In this document: positions 8,228 to 19,049 of the stretch, piece after piece
Position numbering within the stretch: the stretch's first letter is position 1
Layout: every line of letters starts with the position of its first letter
Source of the DNA: an uncultured Pseudomonadota bacterium
GTDB lineage: Bacteria; Pseudomonadota; Alphaproteobacteria; Rhizobiales; Xanthobacteraceae
Length of the DNA stretch: 64,000 bases
Assembly (NCBI GenBank): GCA_963747725.1
Contig: CAVVGD010000002.1
Span: 4,424 to 68,423, forward strand
Direction of reading: 5' to 3'
Notes under the pieces: model-generated
What the model was told of the DNA's origin: nothing
Databases searched by the model: none
What the model saw: only the letters and a program-made list of their open reading frames with translations
Translations under genes and position numbers: made by a program

Positions 8228-9571
8228 TTATTCTGCGGAAGCGCGTTTGAAGTGCCATTGCTTTGCTGCACCGGGTTCCGTCATGACGCGATGCAGCAAG
8301 AAGACGAATGCGACCAACAGTGTCGGCACTGCCAGTGGGATTAACGTCGCGCCGGCAATGACGCGGGTCACCAGCGGCACGAACCACAGCGCGGCAAGCA
8401 GGCTTTTCTCCCACGGGGTGAAGCCGTGTTCCATGCCGTCGCGGGCAAGAAAGGCGATGGCCGGCGCCACTGTCATCAAGTCGTAGTCGAGGCTGTAGGG
8501 CGTCGCGAGAATGGCAGCGATGGCGAGCGCGGCGGCTTGGAATGCAAAGGAGGCACGGGAGCGCCACAGCCAGGCGAGCGCTGCGGCGACCGCGATGGTC
8601 ACCGTTGTCTGCAGTGCATAGGCGAGTGGAACCGAGCCGCCCCACATGCGTACCACGGAAAACACGCTCTGGATCTTCTGCCAGCCGGTGGCGCCTTGTT
8701 CGAGCACGACGGTGCGCGTGAACTTGGTGGAGGCGAGGAAGGCGGTCCACACCTCGGGACCGAATGCGAGCGTCACGATCAGCGTGAGCGCGGCGACTGT
8801 GAGCGCGGCGGCGGCGAAGCTGCGCCAGCGGCCGCTCGCCGCCAGCACCACCGGTATCAGGAGACCGAACTGCGGCTTGTAGACCAATAGACCGATCAGC
8901 ACTCCGGCGAGCCACGGACGGCGGTCGAGTTGCAGCAGCGCGGCGCCGAGCAGTGCCGCGGTGAGAAATCCATTGTGACCGTGGCCGAGATTGATGAACA
9001 CCGCTGGGTAGGCGAGGGCGATGAGGAGCCAGAGCGGGTCGTCACGGATGACTGGTTCTCCGTCATGCCCGGCCTTGTGCTGGGCATCTACGTCTTGTGG
9101 CATTTCCACAAAGGAAGGCGTGGATGGCCGGGACGAGCCCGGCCATGACGCTTTGGCCATGATCGAGCGGATCACCAGCAGATACAGCACCAGCGTCACG
9201 CCCTGCCACACGGCGAGGGCGAGCGGGTAGGGCATGGCCGCGAGCGCTGCGGCCAGGCCGAGGAAATACGGCGGATAATGCCACCCGTAGAACGGCGTCT
9301 TGGGGCCGAAGATAGCCTGTTCGCGGGCGTATTGACGGGCCGGTGCGAAGGGGGCGGCGGCCTCGCCATCCAGGACATAAGTCCCGGCGGCGTAGACATT
9401 GGAAAAATCAGTTCCGAGCGGCCGGCCGAAGCGGTCATTGAGCCCGTTCGAGGTGGCGATCAGGAAGCCGGCGCCGATCACCGAGGCGGCCAGCACCGCC
9501 AGCGCCACCAGCCTGATGCGCTCGCGGGTCAGCCAGGCGCCGGAGCGCAGCGTTTCGATCAAGGCAGCCAT
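8228..9571 (-). CDS. glycosyltransferase family 87 / DUF2029 integral membrane protein carrying an in-frame REP insertion
   Basis: 447-aa polytopic ORF with the DUF2029-like segments DFSNVYAAG...GWHYPPYF and LVYKPQFG. Residues encoded by 9062-9149 are a hydrophilic REP translation. Confidence 0.7.
   Translation of the reverse strand: MAALIETLRSGAWLTRERIRLVALAVLAASVIGAGFLIATSNGLNDRFGRPLGTDFSNVYAAGTYVLDGEAAAPFAPARQYAREQAIFGPKTPFYGWHYPPYFLGLAAALAAMPYPLALAVWQGVTLVLYLLVIRSIMAKASWPGSSRPSTPSFVEMPQDVDAQHKAGHDGEPVIRDDPLWLLIALAYPAVFINLGHGHNGFLTAALLGAALLQLDRRPWLAGVLIGLLVYKPQFGLLIPVVLAASGRWRSFAAAALTVAALTLIVTLAFGPEVWTAFLASTKFTRTVVLEQGATGWQKIQSVFSVVRMWGGSVPLAYALQTTVTIAVAAALAWLWRSRASFAFQAAALAIAAILATPYSLDYDLMTVAPAIAFLARDGMEHGFTPWEKSLLAALWFVPLVTRVIAGATLIPLAVPTLLVAFVFLLHRVMTEPGAAKQWHFKRASAE
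9062..9149. repeat. REP-like palindromic element, GTCATGCCCGGCC...GGCCGGGC..GGCCATGAC class, inside a CDS
   Basis: GTCATGCCCGGCCTTGTGCTGGGCATCTACGTCTT...GGCGTGGATGGCCGGGACGAGCCCGGCCATGAC. Same class as 27252-27335 and 52334-52419. Confidence 0.85.
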
Positions 9572-9598
9572 CGGGGCCGTCTAGCAGGCCGGCCTTAA

Positions 9599-10933
<1,335 letters not shown>

Positions 10934-11115
10934 AATAAGGTCTTCGCTGAAAGCGCACGCTTATTTCGTCCACGCTGGGGCGGTAACGGCGTATGGTCGC
11001 GCGCAGCCGACGAAGAGTGTTCTTGAGACTTTCAACTTGAAGCTTTGGATGCTTTGCACAACCGTTACGCGGTATTAGTGCCCGAATCACTCGCTGCTCG
11101 GCTAATGTCAATCTT

Positions 11116-12135
11116 ATGACTCGCTGGGCTATGGCTGTCCTTGCCCTTATCGCTGCGACGATCGCGCCGGTCGCGCCTGTCGTGGCGAACGAGCGCGTCA
11201 TCGTCGCCACCACGCGCGATGTTCAGAATGGCGCGCTGTTCCTGGCGGCGTTACGCGGCTACTTCGGGGCCGAGGGCATTGACCTTGCCATGCAAGCCTA
11301 CCCGTCGCCCGAGGCAGTGGCTCAGGCGCTTGCCGCTGGCAAGGCCGATCTCGGCCTGACCAGCTTTACAGCCACTGCATTTGATCTCGCCGGAACCGGC
11401 GTGATCAAAGCGATCGCGGCCCAGGTGCGCGAAAAACGCGATCACGAGGGTGATGTGGTGGTGGCCTCCAACGGCGCCTTCCGGATCGGTCTGCGGACGT
11501 TCAGCGATCTCGCCAACAAGTCGGTGGCGATCATCTCGCTTGGGTCCATCTACCATTATCAGCTGGGCCAGATAGCGCGGCTCAAACATTTCGGCCTTGC
11601 CACTGTCACCGTGAAGGCGCTGCATACGTTCGATGCCGTGACGGCAGCGGTGGCCAGCGGGCAAGTGGATGCGGCGATTCTCCCGTCGCGCTACGGCCGT
11701 TCGTTGCTGGCCTCCGGGCAGGCGCAGATCGTCGGCTGGTATTCGGAGTTGGATGAGCAGCAATTGGGTGCGTTGTTCGCCTCGGCCAAGATGCTGGCGA
11801 ACCGGCCCCGGACTGTGGCCAAGTTCCTGGGTGCCTATCGCCACGGTGCTGCCGACTATTCCGCAGTGATGGCGCGTTACGGCCTGGGCGGCAAGCTTGT
11901 CTCCAGCGACAATTCGCGCAAAGCGGCCGACTCGATTGCTCGCTACGTCTATCCCGGCACCGCGCGGTCGAGCGCGATCACGGCGGTGGAGGAGGGCGCC
12001 TATTACATGGACGCCAAGGCACGGCTCGATGCCGCCGATTTTGCGCGTCAGTTCGACTGGTTTAAGGCGCAAGGGTTGGTCAAAGCCGGCGCCGATCTGC
12101 AGAAAGCAGTCGATTTGAGCCTCGCCGCTGAATAA
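11116..12135 (+). CDS. ABC transporter substrate-binding protein (NMT1/SsuA/TauA-like), orphan
   Basis: 339-aa ORF with a signal peptide (MTRWAMAVLALIAATIAPVAPVVA) and a periplasmic-binding-protein-like sequence. No adjacent permease or ATPase. Confidence 0.65.
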   Translation: MTRWAMAVLALIAATIAPVAPVVANERVIVATTRDVQNGALFLAALRGYFGAEGIDLAMQAYPSPEAVAQALAAGKADLGLTSFTATAFDLAGTGVIKAIAAQVREKRDHEGDVVVASNGAFRIGLRTFSDLANKSVAIISLGSIYHYQLGQIARLKHFGLATVTVKALHTFDAVTAAVASGQVDAAILPSRYGRSLLASGQAQIVGWYSELDEQQLGALFASAKMLANRPRTVAKFLGAYRHGAADYSAVMARYGLGGKLVSSDNSRKAADSIARYVYPGTARSSAITAVEEGAYYMDAKARLDAADFARQFDWFKAQGLVKAGADLQKAVDLSLAAE

Positions 12136-12278
12136 CGGCCGCGCAATTATGCGGCCTTACGTCTTATGGCGATGCCATTCCTCAAAACGGCCCCTTGCCA
12201 GTCCCTCGTCCACCTGAGACGATGATGTGAAAGGGCCGGGATTAAAGGTCCGACTCCCGGCCGGCGAGGGAGGTATCC

Positions 12279-14327
12279 ATGGGACAGAATGGCGCGGGAC
12301 CGAAGGGTCCCCGGTGCATTGCGCTGGTGGGCCCCTTTCAGAGCGGCAAGACGACGCTTCTCGAGGCGATCCTGGCGCGAACGGAGGCAATACCGCGCCA
12401 AGGCACAGTGGACGCCGGTACGACGGTCGGTGACGCCAGCAAGGAGGCCCGCCATCACAAGATGAGCGTCGAAGTTTCCGTCGCCAACACCACGTTCATG
12501 GGCGACAACTACACCTTCATCGATTGTCCGGGCTCGATCGAATTCATTCACGACATGCGCAGCGTGCTGCCGGCAGTCGACGCTGCGGTGGTGGTCTGCG
12601 AAGCAGATGAAAAGAAGGTGCCGCAGCTTCAATTGATTCTGCGCGAACTCGAAGATCAGGGCATTCCGCGCTTCCTCTATCTCAACAAGATCGACAAGGC
12701 CGATAAGCGCATCCGCGAGACGCTGAAGCTGTTGCAGCCTGCCTCGCGTACTCCGCTGCTGCTGCGCCAGATTCCGATCTGGAAGGACGAGATCATTTCC
12801 GGCTTCGTCGATCTCGCGCTCGAGCGCGCCTATGTCTACAAAGAATACGCCCCATCCGAAGTGATCGAACTCGCGGGCGAGGACGCGAGCCGCGAGAAGG
12901 AAGCGCGCTTCACCATGCTGGAGACGCTGGCCGACCACGACGACAAATTGATGGAGCAGTTGCTTGAGGACATAGAGCCGCCGCGCGACAAGGTGTTCGA
13001 CGATCTTGCTGGCGAATTGCGTGAGCGCCAGGTGGTGCCCATGTTGCTCGGCGTTGCCACCCGTTCGAACGGCGTGTTGCGGCTGTTGAAAGCGCTGCGC
13101 CACGAGGCGCCCGGGGTGGAGGAGACTGCCGTGCGTGTTGGCGTCGCGTCCAAGGACGACGCGGTGGGGCTGGTGCTCAAGACCTTCCACACCACCCACG
13201 GCGGCAAGATGTCGGTTGCGCGCTTGCTGTCCGGCAGCGCCGGCGACGGCACCACCTTCAATACGCCGGAAGGCGAGGCCGGCCGCGTCTCGGGCGTATT
13301 CAAGCAAATGGGGCAGCATTTTGAGAAGCGCGGCGCCGCCAATGCTGGCGAAACCGTCGCCTTCGGCAAGCTCGACATCGCCCACACCGGCGACACGCTG
13401 TCGGCGGGCAAGACAGCCCATGCGGCGATCGAGGTGGCGAAGCCCTACCCGCCTGTACTCGCTATCGCAGTGCAGGCCAAGGAGCGTAAGGACGACGTCA
13501 AGCTCGGTCAGGCATTCACCAAGCTGACCGAGGAAGACCCCTCACTCAGCGTCGTGCACAATCCCGAGAGCCACGAGGTGGTGATCTGGGGCCAAGGAGA
13601 GATGCATTTGCGCGTCGCCACCGAGCGGCTCGCCGACCGCTACGGCGTGCCGGTGATGTCGCATCCGCCGGCAGTCGGCTATCGCGAGACGATCCGCAAG
13701 CCCGTGACCATCCGTGGCCGCCATAAGAAGCAATCCGGTGGCCATGGCCAGTTCGGCGATGTGGTGCTGGAAATCAAGCCACTGCCGCGCTCGTCCGGTT
13801 TCAAGTTCGAGGAACGCATTACTGGCGGCGTGGTGCCGCGCAACTACATTCCGGCGGTGGAGGAGGGCGTCGTCGACGCGCTCAAGCAGGGACCGCTCGG
13901 GTTCCCGGTGGTCGACCTCTCGGTGGCGCTGATCGATGGATCCTACCATTCGGTCGATTCATCCGACATGGCGTTCCGTACCGCCGGTCGCATCGGCATC
14001 GTCGACGGTTTGCCTCAGTGCCAACCGGTGCTTTTGGAGCCGATCCATCTGGTCGAGATCGTCTGCCCGAGCGACGCCACCGCCAAGATGAACGCCATCT
14101 TGTCCAGCAGGCGCGGACAAATACTCGGCTTCGACGCCCGCGAAGGCTGGCCCGGTTGGGACGTGGTGCGCGCACAATTGCCGGAGGCCGAGATCGGAGA
14201 TCTCATCATCGAGGTGCGCTCGGCGACCGCTGGCGTCGGCAGCTTCACCTACAGCTTCGATCACATGGCTGAGCTGACCGGCCGCACGGCGGACCAGATT
14301 GTCGCGGCAAGACGGGCGGCGGAGTGA
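12279..14327 (+). CDS. elongation factor G-like GTPase (EF-G paralog)
   Basis: 682-aa ORF. G1 is GPFQSGKTT, G3 is DCPGSIEF and G4 is NKIDK. EF-G domain IV/V-like C-terminal regions are present. Confidence 0.85.
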   Translation: MGQNGAGPKGPRCIALVGPFQSGKTTLLEAILARTEAIPRQGTVDAGTTVGDASKEARHHKMSVEVSVANTTFMGDNYTFIDCPGSIEFIHDMRSVLPAVDAAVVVCEADEKKVPQLQLILRELEDQGIPRFLYLNKIDKADKRIRETLKLLQPASRTPLLLRQIPIWKDEIISGFVDLALERAYVYKEYAPSEVIELAGEDASREKEARFTMLETLADHDDKLMEQLLEDIEPPRDKVFDDLAGELRERQVVPMLLGVATRSNGVLRLLKALRHEAPGVEETAVRVGVASKDDAVGLVLKTFHTTHGGKMSVARLLSGSAGDGTTFNTPEGEAGRVSGVFKQMGQHFEKRGAANAGETVAFGKLDIAHTGDTLSAGKTAHAAIEVAKPYPPVLAIAVQAKERKDDVKLGQAFTKLTEEDPSLSVVHNPESHEVVIWGQGEMHLRVATERLADRYGVPVMSHPPAVGYRETIRKPVTIRGRHKKQSGGHGQFGDVVLEIKPLPRSSGFKFEERITGGVVPRNYIPAVEEGVVDALKQGPLGFPVVDLSVALIDGSYHSVDSSDMAFRTAGRIGIVDGLPQCQPVLLEPIHLVEIVCPSDATAKMNAILSSRRGQILGFDAREGWPGWDVVRAQLPEAEIGDLIIEVRSATAGVGSFTYSFDHMAELTGRTADQIVAARRAAE

Positions 14328-14355
14328 TTTAAGGCCGTTCATATTCGCGGGGTTG

Positions 14356-14390
14356 TCCGCCCATGCCGGCGATCCGGCGGAGTTTTTGTT
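14356..14390 (+). terminator. possible rho-independent terminator after the EF-G paralog
   Basis: GC-rich hairpin GCCGG-CGAT-CCGGC, extendable with CCGCC/GGCGG, followed by GAGTTTTTGTT. Confidence 0.4.
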
Positions 14391-14540
14391 CGCGGCGCAA
14401 TTCAAATTGCTACTGGTTCGGTAACCAATCGGAAAGCCCATCCACGAAACGGTGAGACGCATTAACCGACGTGCGGCGTCCACCGCATAATGATGTATCA
14501 GACGCGTGGCCAACGCGCGCGATTCTATGGATGCCCGACT

Positions 14541-15407
14541 ATGCTGGAGAGATTGCGCAACTTGTTCTCATCGCCGGAGCCGGCGCCTTTCGCCGATTCG
14601 AAGGCGAAGATTCCACTTTCAGAAGTTCTCAAGCGCAACTGGTTCGAACTTTGGTATCAGCCCAAGATCGAGCTCCGCAGCATGCGCATGGTCGGCGCCG
14701 AAGCGCTAGTACGCGCACGACATCCCGACCGCGGCGTGGTGGCGCCATTCTTTTTTCTGCCCGACGCCGGCGAGGACGATATGCTGGCGCTCACCGAGCG
14801 GGTGATCCTCACTGCGCTCGGCGATTGGGAAATTTTCAACGATTACGGCGTGGCGATGAAGTTCGCGGTCAACGTCCCGGTGTCGGCTCTTGTCAAATTG
14901 CCGATCCCGCAGATGCTGCGCGAGGCGCGCCCCCGCGCGGCGAACTGGCACGGGCTGGTGCTGGAAGTGACCGAGGACCAGATCATCAACGATCTTGCAC
15001 TGGCCAACGATGTCGCCGATGCGTTGCTCGAGCTCAACTGCACGCTGGCGCTCGACGATTTCGGCGCCGGCTATTCCTCGCTCGCGCGGCTGCGGGAACT
15101 TCCATTCGCCGAACTGAAGATCGATCGTAGTTATGTGATGAATTGCGACCGGGATCCGGTTAACGCCGGGTTGTGCGAGACCATCGTGGAACTCGGCAAA
15201 CGCTTCGGCCTCAGCATCGTAGCCGAGGGTATCGAGACCGTGCACGAGAGCCACAAATTGCAGGGCATTGGCTGCGACGTCGGCCAGGGCTATCTGTTCG
15301 CCAAGCCGATGCCGAAGGGCGAACTGATTGCCCTGATGCGCCAGCGCGTGGTCGGTGGGCCACGGCCGGTGGTCAAAATGCGGCGCCGCGCGCTTGCAGG
15401 GGCATGA
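14541..15407 (+). CDS. stand-alone EAL-domain protein (putative c-di-GMP phosphodiesterase)
   Basis: EAL (GAEALVR), VNV, EVTE, DDFGAGYSS, ELKIDRS, AEGIET and GQGYLF motifs are all present. The start is uncertain; in-frame ATGs also lie at 14490. Confidence 0.85.
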   Translation: MLERLRNLFSSPEPAPFADSKAKIPLSEVLKRNWFELWYQPKIELRSMRMVGAEALVRARHPDRGVVAPFFFLPDAGEDDMLALTERVILTALGDWEIFNDYGVAMKFAVNVPVSALVKLPIPQMLREARPRAANWHGLVLEVTEDQIINDLALANDVADALLELNCTLALDDFGAGYSSLARLRELPFAELKIDRSYVMNCDRDPVNAGLCETIVELGKRFGLSIVAEGIETVHESHKLQGIGCDVGQGYLFAKPMPKGELIALMRQRVVGGPRPVVKMRRRALAGA

Positions 15408-15506
15408 TTTGCGGTCTCTTGCTAGGGCTCCCGTAACCGTGATTTGCCAGTGAGGGAAGCCGTGCCGTAGCTCTTAGAATCGGGGACGCAATCCGATTCG
15501 GGAGTC

Positions 15507-16481
15507 ATGCCCATGAACATCATCCGCCGCCGGGGCTGGGAAATCCCTGAGCGTCTGGCCACCCCCGAACACCTGGTGTTTAGCCGCCGCCGTCTTCTCA
15601 CAGCGGGCATCGGTGCGGGCGCGCTGGCGTTGGCGCCGGGCTTGGATCCTGCGCAGGCCGCCGCCAAATCGGGCGATCCGACCGCGGACCTTTATCCCGC
15701 CAAGCGTAATCCGATATACAAACTCGACCGGCCGATCACCGACGAAAAGATCAACGACAACTACAACAACTTCTATGAATTCGGCACCTCCAAGCACATC
15801 GCCGACGCCGCGCAGGCGCTGCCGATCCGCCCGTGGACGGTGAAGATCGACGGTATGGTTGAGAAGCCGCAGGAAATCGGCATCGACGATCTCATCCGCA
15901 AGATGACGCTGGAAGAGCGCCTCTACCGCCATCGCTGCGTGGAGGCCTGGGGCATGGCCATCGCCTGGACCGGATTCCCCTTCGCCAAGCTGGTGAATTT
16001 CGCGCGACCGCTCGGCTCCGCCAAGTACGTCAAGATGACGACCTTCATGGACCCGAGCGTTGCGACCGGCCAACACATGGCTTGGTTTCCCTGGCCATAC
16101 GTGGAAGGCCTGACAGCGGCGGAAGCGACCAATGAGCTCGCCTTCCTCGCCACCGGCTGCTACGGCCACCCGATCGACAAACAGCACGGCGCGCCACTGC
16201 GGCTGGCGGTGCCGTGGAAATACGGTTTTAAGTCGATCAAGTCGATCGTGCGCTTCACCTTCACCGACAAGCAGCCTGTCGGCATGTGGCAGCAGCTGCA
16301 GGGCTCTGAATATGGCTTCTGGGCCAACGTCAACCCGAAGGTGCCGCATCCGCGTTGGAGCCAGGCGACGGAGGAGCAAATCGGCACCGGCAAGCGGGTG
16401 CCGACGCTGCTATTCAACGGCTACGGCGAATTCGTCGCCGACCTCTATAAGGGCATGGAAGGCCGCCACTTGTGGATGTGA
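15507..16481 (+). CDS. msrP: protein-methionine-sulfoxide reductase catalytic subunit MsrP (YedY family molybdoenzyme)
   Basis: Tat-type leader (SRRRLLTAGIGAGALALAP). YedY-like core (HRCVEAWGMAIAWTGFP, PLRLAVPWKYGFKSIKS). Confidence 0.85.
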   Translation: MPMNIIRRRGWEIPERLATPEHLVFSRRRLLTAGIGAGALALAPGLDPAQAAAKSGDPTADLYPAKRNPIYKLDRPITDEKINDNYNNFYEFGTSKHIADAAQALPIRPWTVKIDGMVEKPQEIGIDDLIRKMTLEERLYRHRCVEAWGMAIAWTGFPFAKLVNFARPLGSAKYVKMTTFMDPSVATGQHMAWFPWPYVEGLTAAEATNELAFLATGCYGHPIDKQHGAPLRLAVPWKYGFKSIKSIVRFTFTDKQPVGMWQQLQGSEYGFWANVNPKVPHPRWSQATEEQIGTGKRVPTLLFNGYGEFVADLYKGMEGRHLWM

Positions 16482-16561
16482 GCGCGCGCGAGCCGCCATG
16501 TTTCGGTGTCTTCGCTGTCGTGGTATCGTTCCGGCTCAACGGGCTGAGCCGGAGGCAACCT

Positions 16562-17146
16562 ATGTCCACCAACGGACCCGACATCACCGAAATCCAGCGC
16601 GCGGTTGCGCAGTCGTTGCGCGAGCACTGGGTGCTCTATCTGGTCGAGGGCATCGTCCTTCTAGTGCTCGGCGCCCTCGCCATCATCATTCCGCCACTCG
16701 CCAGCATCGCGGTGACCATCATTCTCGGCTGGCTCTTTTTGGTCAGCGGCGTGATGGGGCTGGTCACCACTTTCTGGATGCGGGCGGCGCCCGGCTTCTG
16801 GTGGGCGCTGATTTCGGGGGTGCTCGGCATTGTGGTCGGCATCATGCTGCTGGCGTCGCCGTTGCGCGCGCTGGTGCCGTTGACCATCCTGCTGGTCGCC
16901 TTCTTCATCATTGAAGGCCTCAGCTCGATCATGTTTTCGCTCGAGCATAAGCGCGAACTCAGCGGCCGTTGGGGCTGGATGCTGGTGAGCGGCGTCGTCG
17001 ATCTGATCCTGGCCGCTGTCATATTCGCCGGTCTGCCCGGCACGGCCGCCTGGGCAATCGGGCTGTTGGTCGGTATCAATATGATTTTTGGCGGTTCGGC
17101 GCTGATTGCCATGGCGCTGCACGCGCGCACCGCCGTGCCGTCCTGA
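16562..17146 (+). CDS. HdeD/DUF308 family membrane protein
   Basis: Starts at the internal ATG (MSTNGPDITEIQ...). Shows repeated G-rich TM hairpins typical of DUF308. It lacks the His pattern I would expect for MsrQ. Confidence 0.65.
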   Translation: MSTNGPDITEIQRAVAQSLREHWVLYLVEGIVLLVLGALAIIIPPLASIAVTIILGWLFLVSGVMGLVTTFWMRAAPGFWWALISGVLGIVVGIMLLASPLRALVPLTILLVAFFIIEGLSSIMFSLEHKRELSGRWGWMLVSGVVDLILAAVIFAGLPGTAAWAIGLLVGINMIFGGSALIAMALHARTAVPS

Positions 17147-17148
17147 CT

Positions 17149-17250
17149 GTCATTCCGGCGCGAGCGTGAGCGAGCAAACCCGGAATCCATAACCCCGGCG
17201 CTGCGGTATATGGATTCCAGGTCCGGCGCTTCGCGCTTTCCCCGAATGAC
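17149..17250. repeat. REP-like palindromic element, GTCATTCCGG...CCGAATGAC class
   Basis: GTCATTCCGGCGCGAGCG...CCCGGAATCCATAA...TATGGATTCCAGG...CCCCGAATGAC. Confidence 0.85.
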
Positions 17251-18518
17251 TAGCCCGACTTCCAGCCCAACCGATCGGCCAGCTGACGGTCGTAGTCGAG
17301 CACCGCCTGCAGCAACACTTGTGCGCCGACGGCACATTGCGCCTTGCTGGTGTACTCCGCCTCGTTGTGGCTAATGCCGTCGCGGCAGGGCACAAAGATC
17401 ATCGCTGCAGGTGCGACACGCGCGACATAGGCCGCGTCGTGACCGGCTCCCGAGATTATGGAGCGGCTGGAAAAGCCCGATGTTTCCGCCGCCCGCTGCA
17501 CCGCAGCGACGCACGCCTTGTCGAACGGCTGGTTCGGCTGGTTCCAGATGTTATCGATCGCGATCTCGACGCCGAGCTCGCGCCGCACCTTTTCGGCGGT
17601 GGCACTGATTTCCGTCTCCATCGCATCGAGCACGTCGGTTTCGGGATCGCGCAGGTCGATCGTAAAAAAAACTTCACCCGGAACCACATTGGGTGATCCT
17701 GGCTTCACCTCCATCAGACCGACGGTGCCGACCGCACCGGGATGATTGCGCGCGCTGGTGTTGATGGCCTCGACCAGACGGGCTGCGGCAAGCAGGGCGT
17801 CATGCCGGCGCGGCATCGGCGTGGTGCCGGCATGGGTATCCTGTCCAGTGATCGTCGCCTCGTACCAGCGCATGGCCTGTACGCCGGTAACGACGCCGAT
17901 GTCCTTGTTCTCCATTTCAAGATAGGGACCTTGCTCGATATGCAACTCAAAGAAGGCGGAAAGTTTGTGCTGCCCACAAGGCTCGTTGCCGCGATAGCCG
18001 ATCTTGACCAAAGCGTCACCGAACGTCTCCCCGACACGATCCTGCCGAGCAGTGGCCCAGTCTCTGGTGAACACGCCGGCGAAAACGCCCGACGCGATCA
18101 TCGCGGGCGCAAAACGCGCGCCTTCCTCGTTGGTCCAATTCACCACCTCGATGGGCGCGAAGGTCTCGTAGCCGGATTGGTGCAAGGTGCGCAGCGCTTC
18201 CAGCGCCGCCAGCACGCCGAGCGCACCGTCGAACTTGCCACCGGTCGGCTGGGTGTCGAGATGGCTGCCCATGGCAATCGGCGGCACCTCAGCGCGTTGG
18301 CCAATGCGACGCGCGAACATGTTGCCCATGTCGTCGATGGCGAGCGTGCACCCGAGAGCTTCGACGCGCGACTTAAACCAGTCGCGCACTTGCCGGTCGA
18401 GTTCGGAGAGCGTCAGTCGGCAAATGCCGCCCTTGGGCGTGCCGCCGATCCTGGCGGTTTCCATCAGATCGTCCCACAACCGTTCAGGATCGATCTTAAG
18501 GTTGGTCATGCCGGCCAT
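17250..18518 (-). CDS. M20-family Zn-dependent amidase (allantoate amidohydrolase / N-carbamoyl-L-amino-acid hydrolase type)
   Basis: 422-aa ORF. ERLWDDLMETARIGGTPKGGICRLTLSELD... and HLDTQPTGGKFDGALGV are typical of the AmaB/AllC family. Confidence 0.85.
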   Translation of the reverse strand: MAGMTNLKIDPERLWDDLMETARIGGTPKGGICRLTLSELDRQVRDWFKSRVEALGCTLAIDDMGNMFARRIGQRAEVPPIAMGSHLDTQPTGGKFDGALGVLAALEALRTLHQSGYETFAPIEVVNWTNEEGARFAPAMIASGVFAGVFTRDWATARQDRVGETFGDALVKIGYRGNEPCGQHKLSAFFELHIEQGPYLEMENKDIGVVTGVQAMRWYEATITGQDTHAGTTPMPRRHDALLAAARLVEAINTSARNHPGAVGTVGLMEVKPGSPNVVPGEVFFTIDLRDPETDVLDAMETEISATAEKVRRELGVEIAIDNIWNQPNQPFDKACVAAVQRAAETSGFSSRSIISGAGHDAAYVARVAPAAMIFVPCRDGISHNEAEYTSKAQCAVGAQVLLQAVLDYDRQLADRLGWKSG

Positions 18519-18670
18519 GGCTGCAACTCCGGCGTTACGCGGCGCGTACCGTTACGTATCCCGTGTCCCGCCAAGCGAACTACGGCGGCATTCATGTTTC
18601 TCTTGTTTGCATGCAGGCGCATCGGGTTCAATATGGCCGCGAAGGCGAGAAGGCGAGAGAGGAGAAGAGC

Positions 18671-18961
18671 ATGCCGGCTTACTGGGTGGCGCGGTCCAAG
18701 ATCAACGACCCGGTCGAATACAAGAAGTACACTGATCAGGTGCCCAACATCATCGCTAAATACGGCGGGAAGGTCCTGGCGCGCGGTGGCAAATTCCAGA
18801 TTATGGAGGGGCCGGACAAATTCCACCGTTTCATCGTGATCGAATTCCCGACATTCGAGCAAGGGGTGGCTTGTTTCACATCGCCGGAATACGACCGCGC
18901 CGCGGCCTTCCGGCGCAGCGGGGCGGGCGAGGTCGAAACCATCATGGTGGAGGGGATATAG
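18671..18961 (+). CDS. DUF1330 domain protein
   Basis: The ATG at 18671 follows GGAGAAGAG. MPAYWVARSKINDPVEYKKYTDQVPNIIAKYGGKVLARGG... is typical of DUF1330. Confidence 0.7.
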   Translation: MPAYWVARSKINDPVEYKKYTDQVPNIIAKYGGKVLARGGKFQIMEGPDKFHRFIVIEFPTFEQGVACFTSPEYDRAAAFRRSGAGEVETIMVEGI

Positions 18962-19049
18962 CCCACCCTTTCGTTCTGAGGTCCCTCTAGCGCGGACGCA
19001 AAAACTGCGTAAAATACGGAAAAACAACGGCTCATTGGGAGGACTGCTG

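Noticed and set aside
7431-8915. 494-aa ORF that looks like a large protein.
   Set aside because: It is a chimera. Only its C-terminal roughly 170 aa are GST sequence. The rest is antisense read-through of the GT87 gene region, created by the frameshift near 7947.
16562-17146. MsrQ annotation for the gene after msrP.
   Set aside because: The sequence has DUF308/HdeD-type G-rich TM repeats and lacks the conserved heme-ligating His pattern I would expect for MsrQ.
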